This document shows positions 45,941 through 55,632 of a stretch of DNA of 64,000 nt, piece after piece (the stretch's first letter is position 1; each line of letters opens with the position of its first letter). The stretch lies in the NCBI GenBank assembly GCA_036675505.1, contig JAKFEW010000160.1, positions 177,273-241,272 on the forward strand, in the 5' to 3' direction. Position numbers and translations under genes: made by a program. Source of the stretch: Candidatus Sericytochromatia bacterium. GTDB taxonomy: Bacteria; Cyanobacteriota; Sericytochromatia; S15B-MN24; JAQBPE01. The notes beneath the pieces were generated by a model. It worked only from the letters and a program-made list of their open reading frames with translations. It had not been told where the DNA came from and searched no databases.

Positions 45941-46852
45941 ATGATCCTCCCGCGGAGTGTGCTCACGATCCTCGCCCTCACGCTCGCCGGCTGCGGCCTG
46001 CCGAACGCCGTGCCCGGCGAGCTCGACGACGGCCAGCGCCCGCATCGCGCGCGCCTCGTCAGCCAGGAGATCCCTGCGCCGAGCGTGGCCCAGCTGGCCA
46101 CGCCGGTGGTGATCGCGGCGCATGGCTTCAACGCGACCGAGTTCGAGACGTCGCTGGCGGCCCAGCAGCTGCGGGCGCGCGGCGCGCTGGTCTCGGAGGT
46201 GTTGATGGGCGGGCACGGGACGAGCCTGGCGGACTTCTCGCAGTCGACCTGGCGCAGCTGGCAGGCGCCCGTCATCGCGGAGTACGAGGCGCTGGTCGCG
46301 CGCGGCTACAAGTCCGTCGGCTTCGTCACCACCTCGACCGGCGGCACGGTGCTGCTCGAGGCGCTCGGGCGCGGCGCGCTCCAGCCGCCACCCAGCCGCA
46401 TCGCGATGGTCGCGCCGCTGATCGACGTGGCCCCCGGCGGCCCGCGCGTGATCGGCTACGCCGGTTTGCTGCGCTGGCTCGGCGTCACGGGCCAGGCCGT
46501 CGAGCGGAAGGGGGCGATGAAGGGCAACTGGTATCACTACCGCCCCTCCGAGCAGCTGATCCAGCTCGTGGATCTGACGGAGGTCACCAAGGCCAGGCTG
46601 CGCACGGGCATCGCGCTGCCGGACGGCGCCTCCGTGCTCGTCGTGCAATCGACGCAGGATCCGACCGTCGACCCGCGGGGGGCCGAGCACGTGCGCGCGG
46701 GGCTGCGCGGCGGCAGCGTGCGGGTCGAATACGTCGAATCCGGGCTGCATGTGCCGATCTGGCCAGACGGGGTGGTCGAGACCTTCGGGCCGGCCGACGC
46801 GGCCAACCGCGACCGGGCGCTGGGCTGGATCACGCAGCTGCTCGCGCCCTGA
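45941..46852 (+). CDS. alpha/beta hydrolase lipoprotein
   Basis: ILALTLAGCG lipobox. HGF/HGG oxyanion region (VVIAAHGFNATEF), a TSTGG stretch as candidate nucleophile elbow, and a C-terminal Asp/His region. Confidence 0.7.
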   Translation: MILPRSVLTILALTLAGCGLPNAVPGELDDGQRPHRARLVSQEIPAPSVAQLATPVVIAAHGFNATEFETSLAAQQLRARGALVSEVLMGGHGTSLADFSQSTWRSWQAPVIAEYEALVARGYKSVGFVTTSTGGTVLLEALGRGALQPPPSRIAMVAPLIDVAPGGPRVIGYAGLLRWLGVTGQAVERKGAMKGNWYHYRPSEQLIQLVDLTEVTKARLRTGIALPDGASVLVVQSTQDPTVDPRGAEHVRAGLRGGSVRVEYVESGLHVPIWPDGVVETFGPADAANRDRALGWITQLLAP

Positions 46853-46864
46853 GGGACCCGCAGG

Positions 46865-47617
46865 TCACAAGGGCGATCTCATCCCGCCCGTAAGCTCCGC
46901 CAGCGCGCCGGGGTAGGCTTCATAGCGCTCGCGGTACAGCTCGCGCTGGCGGGCGGCCTCGGGGAGCGCGCCGGTGGCCTCGAGCGCGCGCAGGTACCAG
47001 GCGTGGGTGAGATAGTAGAACGGCGCGTGGCCGAGCGCCGTCTCGAGCTCGGCCAGCCCGCGCGCAGGGTCGCCGCCCAGGGCGATCGGCGCGGCCAGGA
47101 AGTAGCGCCCGAGCCCGGTCCGCGCGTAGGGGTTGGTCGGGTCGAGCGCCAGCGCGTCCTCGAAGCCGGCGCGCACATACGGGCCGTGCCGCAGCTTCGC
47201 GAAGAAGCCGCCGCGGTGCGCCTTGAGGCCATGCGCGCCGGCCAGCACCGTCAAGACGTTGGCCCGCTCCGAGGCCGGCAGATCGTTCGTCGCCTCGGCC
47301 ACCGCATGGGCCTGGACCGCGCGATGATGCGCCTCGGCGGCCCGGTCGAGGTTGATCAGGGTCGCGGCCTGCCCGCGCAAGGCGTGCACGCTGGCGGGCG
47401 ACAGGCGCGCCGCGCGCTCATAGGCGGCGAGCGCGTGGGCGAGGTCGCCCACGTGCAGGTGGAAGTCGGCCCGCGCGAGCACGGCGTCGAGATCGTCGGG
47501 CGGCAGGTCTTTGAGCAGATCGCGCGCCCGCTCGAAGGCGCCCAGCTCCCAAAGGCGCCTGGCGCGCGCCGCCGTGGTGGCGGTAGCGGGTTCGGGGACG
47601 CGCGTGCGATCCTTCAT
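46865..47617 (-). CDS. TPR-repeat protein
   Basis: MKDRTRVPEP start with AGAGG RBS. TPR-like helical repeats (AYERAARLSP, ALALDPTNPYARTGLGRYFL). Confidence 0.7.
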   Translation of the reverse strand: MKDRTRVPEPATATTAARARRLWELGAFERARDLLKDLPPDDLDAVLARADFHLHVGDLAHALAAYERAARLSPASVHALRGQAATLINLDRAAEAHHRAVQAHAVAEATNDLPASERANVLTVLAGAHGLKAHRGGFFAKLRHGPYVRAGFEDALALDPTNPYARTGLGRYFLAAPIALGGDPARGLAELETALGHAPFYYLTHAWYLRALEATGALPEAARQRELYRERYEAYPGALAELTGGMRSPL

Positions 47618-47727
47618 GGTCAACCTCTGCCGACAGCGTACCGCGCCCCCGTCGCCGCGGCGATAAGCGAGCGAGGGTCGCCTTTCGGGTATGAGGCCAT
47701 GACGGGGCTGCGGCCCCGGGAGCCGAG

Positions 47728-48954
47728 ATGCCCGACCGATCGATCCAGGCGACGCCTTCCACCCCTGCAGCCGGCACGCCCCCCGCGCGCGTCGCGGCAA
47801 GCCCGCTCGCGCCCACAGGCCAGGCCATCGCCGCGGATCGCTTGACGCTGGGCGACCGCCCGCCCGCGATCGAGGCCGACGTTCGCCTCGCGATGCACGG
47901 GCGCCCGGCGCTCGAGGCCGCGGGCACGGTGCGCGTGCGGCGCGGCTTCCTGGAGCGGTTCATCAAGCACGTGCTCGCCAACAAGCGCGTCTTCCCGCGC
48001 ATGGCGATCGGCTTCGATCCTGCCGCGAAGCGCTTCACCAGCGAGGGCACGGTGCGCTGGTGCGGCATCCCGGTGCCTGTGGCGATCGCTGCCCGTCCGC
48101 TGGTCGTGGACAACCAGCTCGGCGTGCAGTTCGAGGCGCCGAAGCTCATGCTCGGTGGCTGGCGGATCGAGGTGCCCTTCCTCACCGCGCTCGCGACCGG
48201 CGCGGTGCTCAAGGAGCTTGCCAAGACGCAGCTGGTGGCGAAGAAAGGCGATCGGGCCGGCCTGGTGCTGCTCGAGCCGACCTCGATCATCCGCGAGCTG
48301 GGCATCGTCCCGTCCTTCGTGACGCTCGACATGACCCGCACGCAGCTTGCGGTCGCGCTCGCCGAGACCGGCGACCTCACCCTCGGCCTGAGCGCCACCG
48401 GCGTGCCGGACGCGCCCCCCGCCACGCCGCGCTCCGACATCGCGCTCTCGATCGACGAGGCGGCGCTCCAGGCGGTGATGCGCCAGGCGCTCGCGCCCGA
48501 CTACGAGCTCGGCGGCCTCGCCATGCGCGCAAACGGCGCCGCCGTGACCGGCAAGGCGGACCTCAAGCCGCTCAGCGACACGCTCACGGTGGCGAAGGGC
48601 ATCTTGCTCCTCGTCGCCATCGCGGGCCGCGGCGGCCAATCGGCGCGCGGCTTGAACGACGCGCCCATCGTCGTGATGGGCAAGCTCGATCTCGACGTGA
48701 AGGTCGAGGGCCGCACGATGACGATCACGCCGAGCCTCGGGCCAGCCGCCAGCGAGATCGCGAAGCTGTTCGAGAAGGCCGGCATCCCCGCGCAGAAGGT
48801 CGCAGGCGGCGTGCGCGTCGATCTCGACGCGGCGGCCCGCGCCCGCGGCGCCACGCTCGCGCAGCTGCGCGTCGACGCGCAGGGCGTGAGCCTGCAGGCC
48901 GGCGTCGACCTCGAGTCGCTGCTCCGCAACCCGCGGCTGCGCGAAGGCGGCTAG
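47728..48954 (+). CDS. hypothetical protein
   Basis: 408-aa ORF with realistic composition (K/F/I/E present). Antisense ORFs here are Arg/Ala junk. Start uncertain. Confidence 0.55.
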   Translation: MPDRSIQATPSTPAAGTPPARVAASPLAPTGQAIAADRLTLGDRPPAIEADVRLAMHGRPALEAAGTVRVRRGFLERFIKHVLANKRVFPRMAIGFDPAAKRFTSEGTVRWCGIPVPVAIAARPLVVDNQLGVQFEAPKLMLGGWRIEVPFLTALATGAVLKELAKTQLVAKKGDRAGLVLLEPTSIIRELGIVPSFVTLDMTRTQLAVALAETGDLTLGLSATGVPDAPPATPRSDIALSIDEAALQAVMRQALAPDYELGGLAMRANGAAVTGKADLKPLSDTLTVAKGILLLVAIAGRGGQSARGLNDAPIVVMGKLDLDVKVEGRTMTITPSLGPAASEIAKLFEKAGIPAQKVAGGVRVDLDAAARARGATLAQLRVDAQGVSLQAGVDLESLLRNPRLREGG

Positions 48955-49808
48955 GGCTTCGGCGTCTGCATCCCCTTCGGCTTCCACTGCGCGCCTGCGA
49001 TGTCGCGACGCACGTCCAGGACGTGGCTGGGTAGCACCGGCGTCTTCACCCCGCCGAACTCGCGCCGGGCGTAGGTCAGCAGCGCCGCGATCTCATCGTC
49101 CGTCAGAATCTTCTTGAAAGGCCCCATCGAGCCCATGTAGGTGCGCCCGGCGAGCGGACGGCCGCCGAGGCCCTCCAGCGTGACCCAGATCGCAGGCCAC
49201 GCGTCCTTGGACTTCATCATCGGATCGTTCTCGAGCGGCGGGAAGTGGTTCGCCATCCCCTGGCCGGCGTCGCCGTGGCAGGCCGCGCAGTGTTGCTTGT
49301 AGAGCCGGGGGCCCTTGGCCTCCCCGTCGGCATCGCTCACCACCACCGCGAAGCCCTTTTCTTTCCATTCGCGGATGCCGCCTTTCAGCACCAGCAGATT
49401 GGTGAAGCCGTGTTCATCGTGAAGCCTGCGCGCCGCACCGGCGCTGCTGTGCTCGTCCGGTCAAGCACAGTAGAGGACGATCGGCTTGCCTTTCGGCAAG
49501 GTGCCCTTCTGCTTGTCGATGTCGGCCCAGGGCAAGCTCTTCGCGCCCTTGATGTGCTCCTTCTCGTACGCCGTGAGTGAGCGCACGTCGGCCACGTACA
49601 TCGCCTCATGGGCTGCGAGGCGGGCGTTGAGGTCCGCCGTCGAGATCGTGGTCGGCTCCCACGGGGCGACGCTCATGACCGGCAGCGGCGCGGGGCTCGT
49701 GATCGGCGCCGGGACGTAGGGCGAGGGCCCGGCGGCCTGATCGCGGGGACCTGTATCACAGCCAGGCAGGGCGACGAGCGCGAGGACGAGGCAAGCAATC
49801 GGGCGCAT
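48951..49808 (-). CDS. rhodanese-domain / mono-heme cytochrome c fusion lipoprotein, interrupted by one in-frame TGA (49461-49463)
   Basis: One frame encodes lipobox LVALPGCD, then a rhodanese domain (...KGKPIVLYCA-TGA-PDEHSSAGAARRLHDEHGFTNLLVLKGGIREWKEKGF), then a cytochrome c domain (CAACHGD...M). The track splits it into 49461-49904 and 48951-49391. Confidence 0.55.
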
Positions 49809-49932
49809 GCGGGAGGTACCTCCGGAAGGTCGTTCGACGGCCCCCATGCTGCGCCGCGGCGGGGCAGCGGTCAAGTGCGCGGGTGACCAGCCGGGCGGGT
49901 ACAAAAAGAGCCGATCGAAAGAGGATGCGCCG

Positions 49933-51264
49933 ATGCTCGAGACAGCCCCGCCGCTGGGCGATGCCCCCGTCGTCTACACCTGGGAATGGGACCTCGAGGC
50001 GTCGCCTACGCAGCTCTGGCCGCTGGTCTCGGACACCAACCGCATCAACCTGCTCGCGAGCATGGCGCCGGCCCGGTTCGACGAGGCGCCCCGGCCGGAC
50101 GGCGGCGTGGATCGCACGGGCCAGACCAAGCAGCTCGGCCTCGGCGTGACCTGGGACGAGCACCCGTTCGAGTGGGTCTACCCGATCGGCTTCAGCGTGC
50201 AGCGAGACTTCCACAACGGCGTGCTGCAGGCGTACCGATCGTCGGTGGCGCTCCAGCCCCGCGCGGGCGGCGGCACGCGGCTCACGCACCTGATCGAGCT
50301 GATCCCGCGGCTCGGCCTCATGGCGCCGTTCGTGCGGCGCGAGGGCGTGAAGCTGCAGCGGAACTGGGACCACGCCTACCGCGCGATCGACGCCTATCTC
50401 ACGGCCGACGGCCCGTACCCCTTCGAGCACGTGAAGCCGCCCCGCCTCGGCGCGGCCGCGCGCGAGCTCGCCGCGCGGATCGCCGAGGACAGCCCGGACG
50501 CCGCGCTCGAGCGGCGGCTCTTCGACCATGTGCTGGGCGAGCCCGGCCATGAGGTCGCGCACGTGCGCCCCTACGTGCTCGCGGACCGCTGGCGGCGCGA
50601 CCGCGAGGAGGTGCTCGTGGCGTGCCTGCAGCTCATGCGGCGCGCGCTGCTGAAGCCGCAATGGAGCTTGCTGTGTCCACATTGCCGCGGCGCCAAGGGC
50701 ACCGCGGACACGTTGCTCGGGCTCAAGGGCAAGATCCACTGCCAGTCCTGCAACATCGACTTCGACCACGTCTCCGACGACAAGGTCGAGCTCACCTTCC
50801 GGCCGGACCCGCGGTACCGGCAGATCGAGGAGGCCACCTATTGCGTGGGCGGGCCCGGCGCCACGCCGCATGTCTGCTTCCAGTCGCGCCTCCTGCCCGG
50901 CGCCGGTCGCGACGTGGGGCTGACGGTGCCTGCCGGCTCGTACCGCCTGCGTGGCCCCAGGCTCAAGGCCCCCTTCGACTTCCAGTACCACGGCGAAGGC
51001 CCGCCGCTCGCGGAGGGCGAGGAGGGGCCCGAGCCGCCGACGATCGCCCTGGGCCCGAGCGGCGCGGCGCCGGCACCAACTGAAGATGAGGGCGCCCCCG
51101 ACCCGCGCCACCTGACCGGCGGTAAGCTGCGCCTGCGGGTGATCAACGAGGACGGCGGGCCGCAGGAGGTGGTGATCGAGACGCGCTCCTGGCGCGAGGA
51201 CGTCGTGACGCTGGCCGGCCTGCGCGACCGCCCGGCGCTGCTCGCGCCGCTCGAACGCCTCTGA
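49933..51264 (+). CDS. hypothetical protein with SRPBCC-like N-terminal domain and CxxC...CxxC zinc ribbon
   Basis: AAAGAGG RBS. N-terminal region VVYTWEWDLEASPTQLWPLVSDTNRIN resembles Bet v1/polyketide-cyclase-like folds. LLCPHCRGAKG...IHCQSCN zinc ribbon. Confidence 0.6.
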   Translation: MLETAPPLGDAPVVYTWEWDLEASPTQLWPLVSDTNRINLLASMAPARFDEAPRPDGGVDRTGQTKQLGLGVTWDEHPFEWVYPIGFSVQRDFHNGVLQAYRSSVALQPRAGGGTRLTHLIELIPRLGLMAPFVRREGVKLQRNWDHAYRAIDAYLTADGPYPFEHVKPPRLGAAARELAARIAEDSPDAALERRLFDHVLGEPGHEVAHVRPYVLADRWRRDREEVLVACLQLMRRALLKPQWSLLCPHCRGAKGTADTLLGLKGKIHCQSCNIDFDHVSDDKVELTFRPDPRYRQIEEATYCVGGPGATPHVCFQSRLLPGAGRDVGLTVPAGSYRLRGPRLKAPFDFQYHGEGPPLAEGEEGPEPPTIALGPSGAAPAPTEDEGAPDPRHLTGGKLRLRVINEDGGPQEVVIETRSWREDVVTLAGLRDRPALLAPLERL

Positions 51265-51339
51265 GGGCCGGCGCCCCTCGTTGCGCTCGCCGGGCGATTG
51301 GGGCATGATGGCGACCGTCCTTCATGCCCGGGAGAGCTC

Positions 51340-52863
51340 GTGCTAGCAGCGGTCCTCACCGACCAAGATTACGCGCTCATGGCGCCCACGCGCGGCCAGT
51401 TCCCGGTCCAGACGCTGGTGCTGGGCGCGAGCGCCTGGGCGCGCGTGGAGCTGCTGCCGGCCCTCGCGATCACGGCGTCCGAGGGCCTGAACGCCGACAG
51501 CGCGCGCACCGTGCTCGCGCTCGTCGCGCGCCACCGCGACACGCTGCTCACGGCCTGGGCCGCGCCGGCCCCCGGCGCTCCGCCCGGCGCGCCTGACGGG
51601 CCGCGGGCGAACGGCCTGGCCTACGACGCCGCACGCAAGGCGCTCGCGGTGCGGCTGAATGGCGGCACCGTGCTGACCCTGCCCGCCGCCATGATCCCGG
51701 GCCTCGCCGAGGCCGACCCGGCCGCGGCGGCCGAGGGGGCGGTGATGGCGGGCGGCGAGGCGATCGTCTGGCGCCGGCTCGGCCTTTACGTGCGCGTCGC
51801 CGATCTCGTGCTGCATGCGACCGGCGGCCCCGCCTGGCGCGAGCGCCTCGCCTCGTCCGTCCTGCCGCCCTGGAACGCCCCGCCGCGGCCCGCGGGCGTG
51901 CCGCAGGCCGTCGCGGGCCGTCCGGCACCCGTGGCCGGCGCGATGGTGAAATCGCTGATCGGCCTGATCCTCCAGCGGGAGAACTACCTGACGGCGGACC
52001 AGGTGAACGCCGTCTTCCGGCGACAGCTGGAGCTCAGGCAGGCCGGCCGCGAGCTCTCGTTCGGCGAGGTGGCGATCGAGGCCGGCCTGCTCAGCCCCGA
52101 GCGCGTGCAGTTCGCCGTGCACCTCCAGGAGCGGCTGGCGCACGGCCCGGAAGGCGGCAAGCCGCTCGGGGTCTACCTGCTCGAGAGCGCGGCCGTGATG
52201 CCGAGCCACCTGCTCGCCGCGATGGAGGAGCAAAAGGCCACCGGCAAGCGGCTCGGCGAGGTGCTCATCGAGCGCGGCGTGATCGGGCGCCACCTGCTCG
52301 ACGAGTTCCTCATGCGCCAGCGCGAGGTCCGCGGCGAGGTGGCGCCGGCGGCTGAGCCCGTGCCCGCGGCGATCGCCGTGCCCGCGCCGGAGCAGGCCCC
52401 CGAGCCCGCGACCGTCGCAGCCGCGGCCCCCGCCCAGGCGGCGCCGCCAGCGGCGGCGCCCGAGCTGCCGAAGATCAAATCGCTGCTCGGCATCATCCTC
52501 GAGCGCGAGGGCTACGTCAGCCAGAACCAGGTCCGGCAGATCACCGACGAGCAGGAAAGCATCAAGGCCGGCGGGCGCAACATCACGTTCGGCGAGGTCG
52601 CCATGAACCTCAAGCTGCTCACCGCCGATCAGCTGCGGTTCGCGATCGGCCTCCAGAAGCGGCTGGCCTACGACCCCGGCAAACCCAAGCCGCTCGGGCT
52701 GCTCTTGCTCGAGAACGGCGTGCTCAAGCCATCCCAGGTCCAGCTCGCGCTGGAGGTGCAGGCGCGCACGGATCGCCGGCTGGGCGAAATCCTGATCGAG
52801 CAGGGGCTCATCAGCGAAGGAATGCTCGACGTCTTCCTCAATATGCAGAAACAGCAGACATGA
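51340..52863 (+). CDS. multi-MshEN (T2SSE_N-like) domain protein, candidate c-di-GMP receptor
   Basis: Repeated GspE-N/MshEN-type motifs (LSFGEVAIEAGLLSPERVQFAVHLQ; KRLGEVLIERGVIGRHLLDEFL; ITFGEVAMNLKLLTADQLRFAIGLQ; RRLGEILIEQGLISEGMLDVFL). No ATPase domain. Start uncertain (GTG 51340, or TTG 51298 as in the track). Confidence 0.6.
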   Translation: MLAAVLTDQDYALMAPTRGQFPVQTLVLGASAWARVELLPALAITASEGLNADSARTVLALVARHRDTLLTAWAAPAPGAPPGAPDGPRANGLAYDAARKALAVRLNGGTVLTLPAAMIPGLAEADPAAAAEGAVMAGGEAIVWRRLGLYVRVADLVLHATGGPAWRERLASSVLPPWNAPPRPAGVPQAVAGRPAPVAGAMVKSLIGLILQRENYLTADQVNAVFRRQLELRQAGRELSFGEVAIEAGLLSPERVQFAVHLQERLAHGPEGGKPLGVYLLESAAVMPSHLLAAMEEQKATGKRLGEVLIERGVIGRHLLDEFLMRQREVRGEVAPAAEPVPAAIAVPAPEQAPEPATVAAAAPAQAAPPAAAPELPKIKSLLGIILEREGYVSQNQVRQITDEQESIKAGGRNITFGEVAMNLKLLTADQLRFAIGLQKRLAYDPGKPKPLGLLLLENGVLKPSQVQLALEVQARTDRRLGEILIEQGLISEGMLDVFLNMQKQQT

Positions 52864-54446
52864 CCACCACGACAACCTCATCTTCCGCCGTCGCCACCGA
52901 GCGCATCGCGATCCTCGATTTCGGCAGCCAATACACGCCGCTGATCGCGCGCCGCATGCGCGAGCTCGGCGTGCTCGCCGAGATCTTCCCCTCGCATGTC
53001 GACCCCGCGCGGATCGTGGGCCCCGGCCTCAAGGGCGTGGTGCTCTCCGGCGGCCCGGCGAGCGTCTTCGAGCCGGGCGCGCCGCGCCCCGCGCCGGGCC
53101 TGCTCGACCTCGACGTGCCGATCCTGGGCGTCTGCTACGGCATGCAGCTGCTCAACCAGGCGGAAGGCGGCACCGTGGTGTCTTCGACGCACCGCGAGTA
53201 TGGCCGCGCGGAGCTTGCCGAAGCCGGCGGCGCGCTGCTCGCCGGGCTGTCCGAGCGCCCGCGCGTCTGGATGTCGCATGGCGATCGCCTCGAGGTGGTC
53301 GCGCCCGGCTGGCACACCGTGGCCCTCACGGGCGACGGCGTGGTGGCGGCGATCGAGAACCCGACCAGGCGCCGCTACGCGGTCCAGTTCCACCCGGAGG
53401 TCACGCACACGCCCGAGGGCCGCACGATCCTCGAGAACTTCCTGTTCCGCATCTGCGGCTGCGAAGGCGGCTGGGACGTGGGGGCGTACCTCGAGGCGGC
53501 GATCGCCGAGGTGCGCGCCAAGGTGGGCCAGTCGCCCGTCATCGTGCTGGTCTCCGGCGGCGTGGACTCGACCGTCACCGCGGCGCTGCTCGCGCGGGCG
53601 CTGCCGCCCGAGCAGATCTACCCGATCCACGTGGACTCGGGCCTCATGCGGGAGAACGAGAGCGCCGAGGTGGCCGCCGCGCTGCGCGCGATGGGCCTGA
53701 CCAACCTGCACGTCGTCGACGCAACGGACCGCTTCTTGTCGGCGCTCGCGGGCGTGACCGACCCGGAGGAGAAGCGCCGGCGCATCGGCGACGTCTTCAT
53801 CGAGGTGCAGCAGGCCGAGCTCACGACGCTCGGCATCGACCCCGAGACGGCGATCCTGGCCCAGGGCACGCTCTACACGGACCTGATCGAGTCCGGCGCG
53901 ACCGGCGCCCACACCGCGACCATCAAGACCCACCACAACGTCGGCACGCCGCTCGTGAAGGCCAAGCGGGCGGCAGGGAAGATCGTCGAGCCGTGCCACG
54001 GCATCTTCAAGGACGAGGTGCGGGAACTGGGCCTGCGGCTCGGCGTGCCGCGCGAGCTGGTGATCCGCCACCCCTTCCCCGGTCCGGGCCTCGCGATCCG
54101 CGTGCTCGGGGAAGTCACGCGGGAACGGCTCGCGATGTTGCGGAAGGCCGAGGTGATCTACCTCGACGAGATCCGCCAGGCCGGGCTCTACGAGGCGATC
54201 TGGCAGGCCTTCGCCGTGCTGCTGCCGGTCAACGCCGTGGGCGTGCAGGGCGACGGCCGGACCTACGGCGCCGTGGTGGCCCTGCGCGCGGTGGACTCGG
54301 TGGACGGGATGACGGCGGATTTCCACCCGTTGCCCTATGATGTGCTGGGGCGGGCCGCGGCGCGGATCGCGAACGAGGTCGCCGGCGTGAACCGGGTGGT
54401 CTTCGACGTCACGAGCAAGCCGCCGGCGACGATCGAGTGGGAGTAA
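52860..54446 (+). CDS. guaA: GMP synthase (glutamine-hydrolysing)
   Basis: GATase1 N-terminus (ILDFGSQYTPLIARRMRELGV...GVCYGMQLL), ATP-PPase SGGVDS motif, and C-terminal dimerisation domain. Confidence 0.95.
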   Translation: MTTTTTSSSAVATERIAILDFGSQYTPLIARRMRELGVLAEIFPSHVDPARIVGPGLKGVVLSGGPASVFEPGAPRPAPGLLDLDVPILGVCYGMQLLNQAEGGTVVSSTHREYGRAELAEAGGALLAGLSERPRVWMSHGDRLEVVAPGWHTVALTGDGVVAAIENPTRRRYAVQFHPEVTHTPEGRTILENFLFRICGCEGGWDVGAYLEAAIAEVRAKVGQSPVIVLVSGGVDSTVTAALLARALPPEQIYPIHVDSGLMRENESAEVAAALRAMGLTNLHVVDATDRFLSALAGVTDPEEKRRRIGDVFIEVQQAELTTLGIDPETAILAQGTLYTDLIESGATGAHTATIKTHHNVGTPLVKAKRAAGKIVEPCHGIFKDEVRELGLRLGVPRELVIRHPFPGPGLAIRVLGEVTRERLAMLRKAEVIYLDEIRQAGLYEAIWQAFAVLLPVNAVGVQGDGRTYGAVVALRAVDSVDGMTADFHPLPYDVLGRAAARIANEVAGVNRVVFDVTSKPPATIEWE

Positions 54447-54483
54447 CCGGCCTGGATTTAGCGGCGGATACAGGGGAGGAAAG

Positions 54484-55623
54484 ATGTCCGAGTTCGATCT
54501 GCCGATGCCCGAAGGCCTGACCTTCGACGATGTGCTGTTGGTCCCAGGCTACGCGGACTTCCTGCCCACCGACTGCGACCTCACGACCCGCCTCACCCGC
54601 GGCGTGACGCTCAACGTCCCGTTGGTCTCGGCGGCCATGGACACGGTGACCGAGTCCGAGATGGCGATCGCCCTCGCCGTGATCGGCGCGCTCGGCATCA
54701 TCCACCGCAACATGACCGTGGAGCGCCAGGCGGCCGAAGTAGCGGCGGTAAAGGCCGCGGGCCCCTACCCGGTGCAGGAATCGCCGATGGCGACGCGCGA
54801 CGCGCATGGCCGCTTGCTGGTCGGCGCGGCGGTCGGCGTGGGCGGGGCGCTCGAGCGCGCGCGGGCGCTGCTCGCGGCGGGGGTCGACGTCATCGCGATC
54901 GACACGGCGCATGGGCACACCAAGGGCGTGATCGACACGTTGAAGGCGCTCAAGGCCGAGTTCAACGGCATCGAGGTGATCGTGGGCAACATTGCCACAG
55001 CGGAAGCGGCGCGGGATCTGATCGCGGCGGGCGCAGATGCTCTAAAGACGGGCATCGGCCCAGGTTCGATTTGTACAACCCGCGTCGTTGCTGGCGTTGG
55101 CGTCCCTCAGCTGTCCGCGATCAAGGCGGTGGCTTCCGTCGCCAGGCCCGCCGGCGTGCCGATCATCGCGGATGGCGGGATCCGGTACTCCGGCGACCTC
55201 ACCAAGGCGATCGCCGCCGGCGCGGACTGCGTGATGATCGGCAGCCTCTTCGCCCGCACCCACGAGGCGCCCGGCCAGGAAATCAACTTCAACGGCCGCG
55301 TCTTCAAGATTTACCGCGGCATGGGCTCGATCGGCGCGCTGCAGTCCGAGGACAACGACCGCTACGGCAAGCACACCGGCGGCGAGATCGTGCCCGAGGG
55401 CATCGAGGGCATGGTGCCGCTCGCGGGCACGGTCGGCGACGTGGCCTACCAGCTGCTCGGCGGCCTCACCAAAGGCATGGGCTACTGCGGCCTGCGCACG
55501 ATCCCCGCGCTGCAAGCCGGGGCGCGCTTCATCAAGGTCTCCGGCGCGACGGTGCGCGAGAGCCACCCGCACGACGTGATGATCACGAAGGAAGCACCCA
55601 ACTACGCCCGCACGCCGGTCTGA
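54484..55623 (+). CDS. guaB: IMP dehydrogenase, CBS-subdomain-less variant
   Basis: [10 protein letters not shown], catalytic loop [11 protein letters not shown] (Cys-containing IMPDH signature; GMP reductase usually has GSVCTTR), [16 protein letters not shown]. Only a short linker where the CBS pair normally sits (379 aa total). Confidence 0.75.
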   Translation: MSEFDLPMPEGLTFDDVLLVPGYADFLPTDCDLTTRLTRGVTLNVPLVSAAMDTVTESEMAIALAVIGALGIIHRNMTVERQAAEVAAVKAAGPYPVQESPMATRDAHGRLLVGAAVGVGGALERARALLAAGVDVIAIDTAHGHTKGVIDTLKALKAEFNGIEVIVGNIATAEAARDLIAAGADALKTGIGPGSICTTRVVAGVGVPQLSAIKAVASVARPAGVPIIADGGIRYSGDLTKAIAAGADCVMIGSLFARTHEAPGQEINFNGRVFKIYRGMGSIGALQSEDNDRYGKHTGGEIVPEGIEGMVPLAGTVGDVAYQLLGGLTKGMGYCGLRTIPALQAGARFIKVSGATVRESHPHDVMITKEAPNYARTPV

Positions 55624-55632
55624 TCGGCGGGG

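Noticed and set aside
47418-48987. Minus-strand ORFs (340 and 455 aa) antisense to 47728-48954
   Set aside because: Arg/Ala/Gly-rich junk composition. The plus-strand frame has realistic residue diversity.
49385-49609. 74-aa ORF and other short frames across the TGA site
   Set aside because: They were examined as possible frameshift partners for the rhodanese ORF. The rhodanese C-terminal motif (LKGGIREW) continues in the same frame as the upstream part, so the break is an in-frame TGA, not a frameshift.
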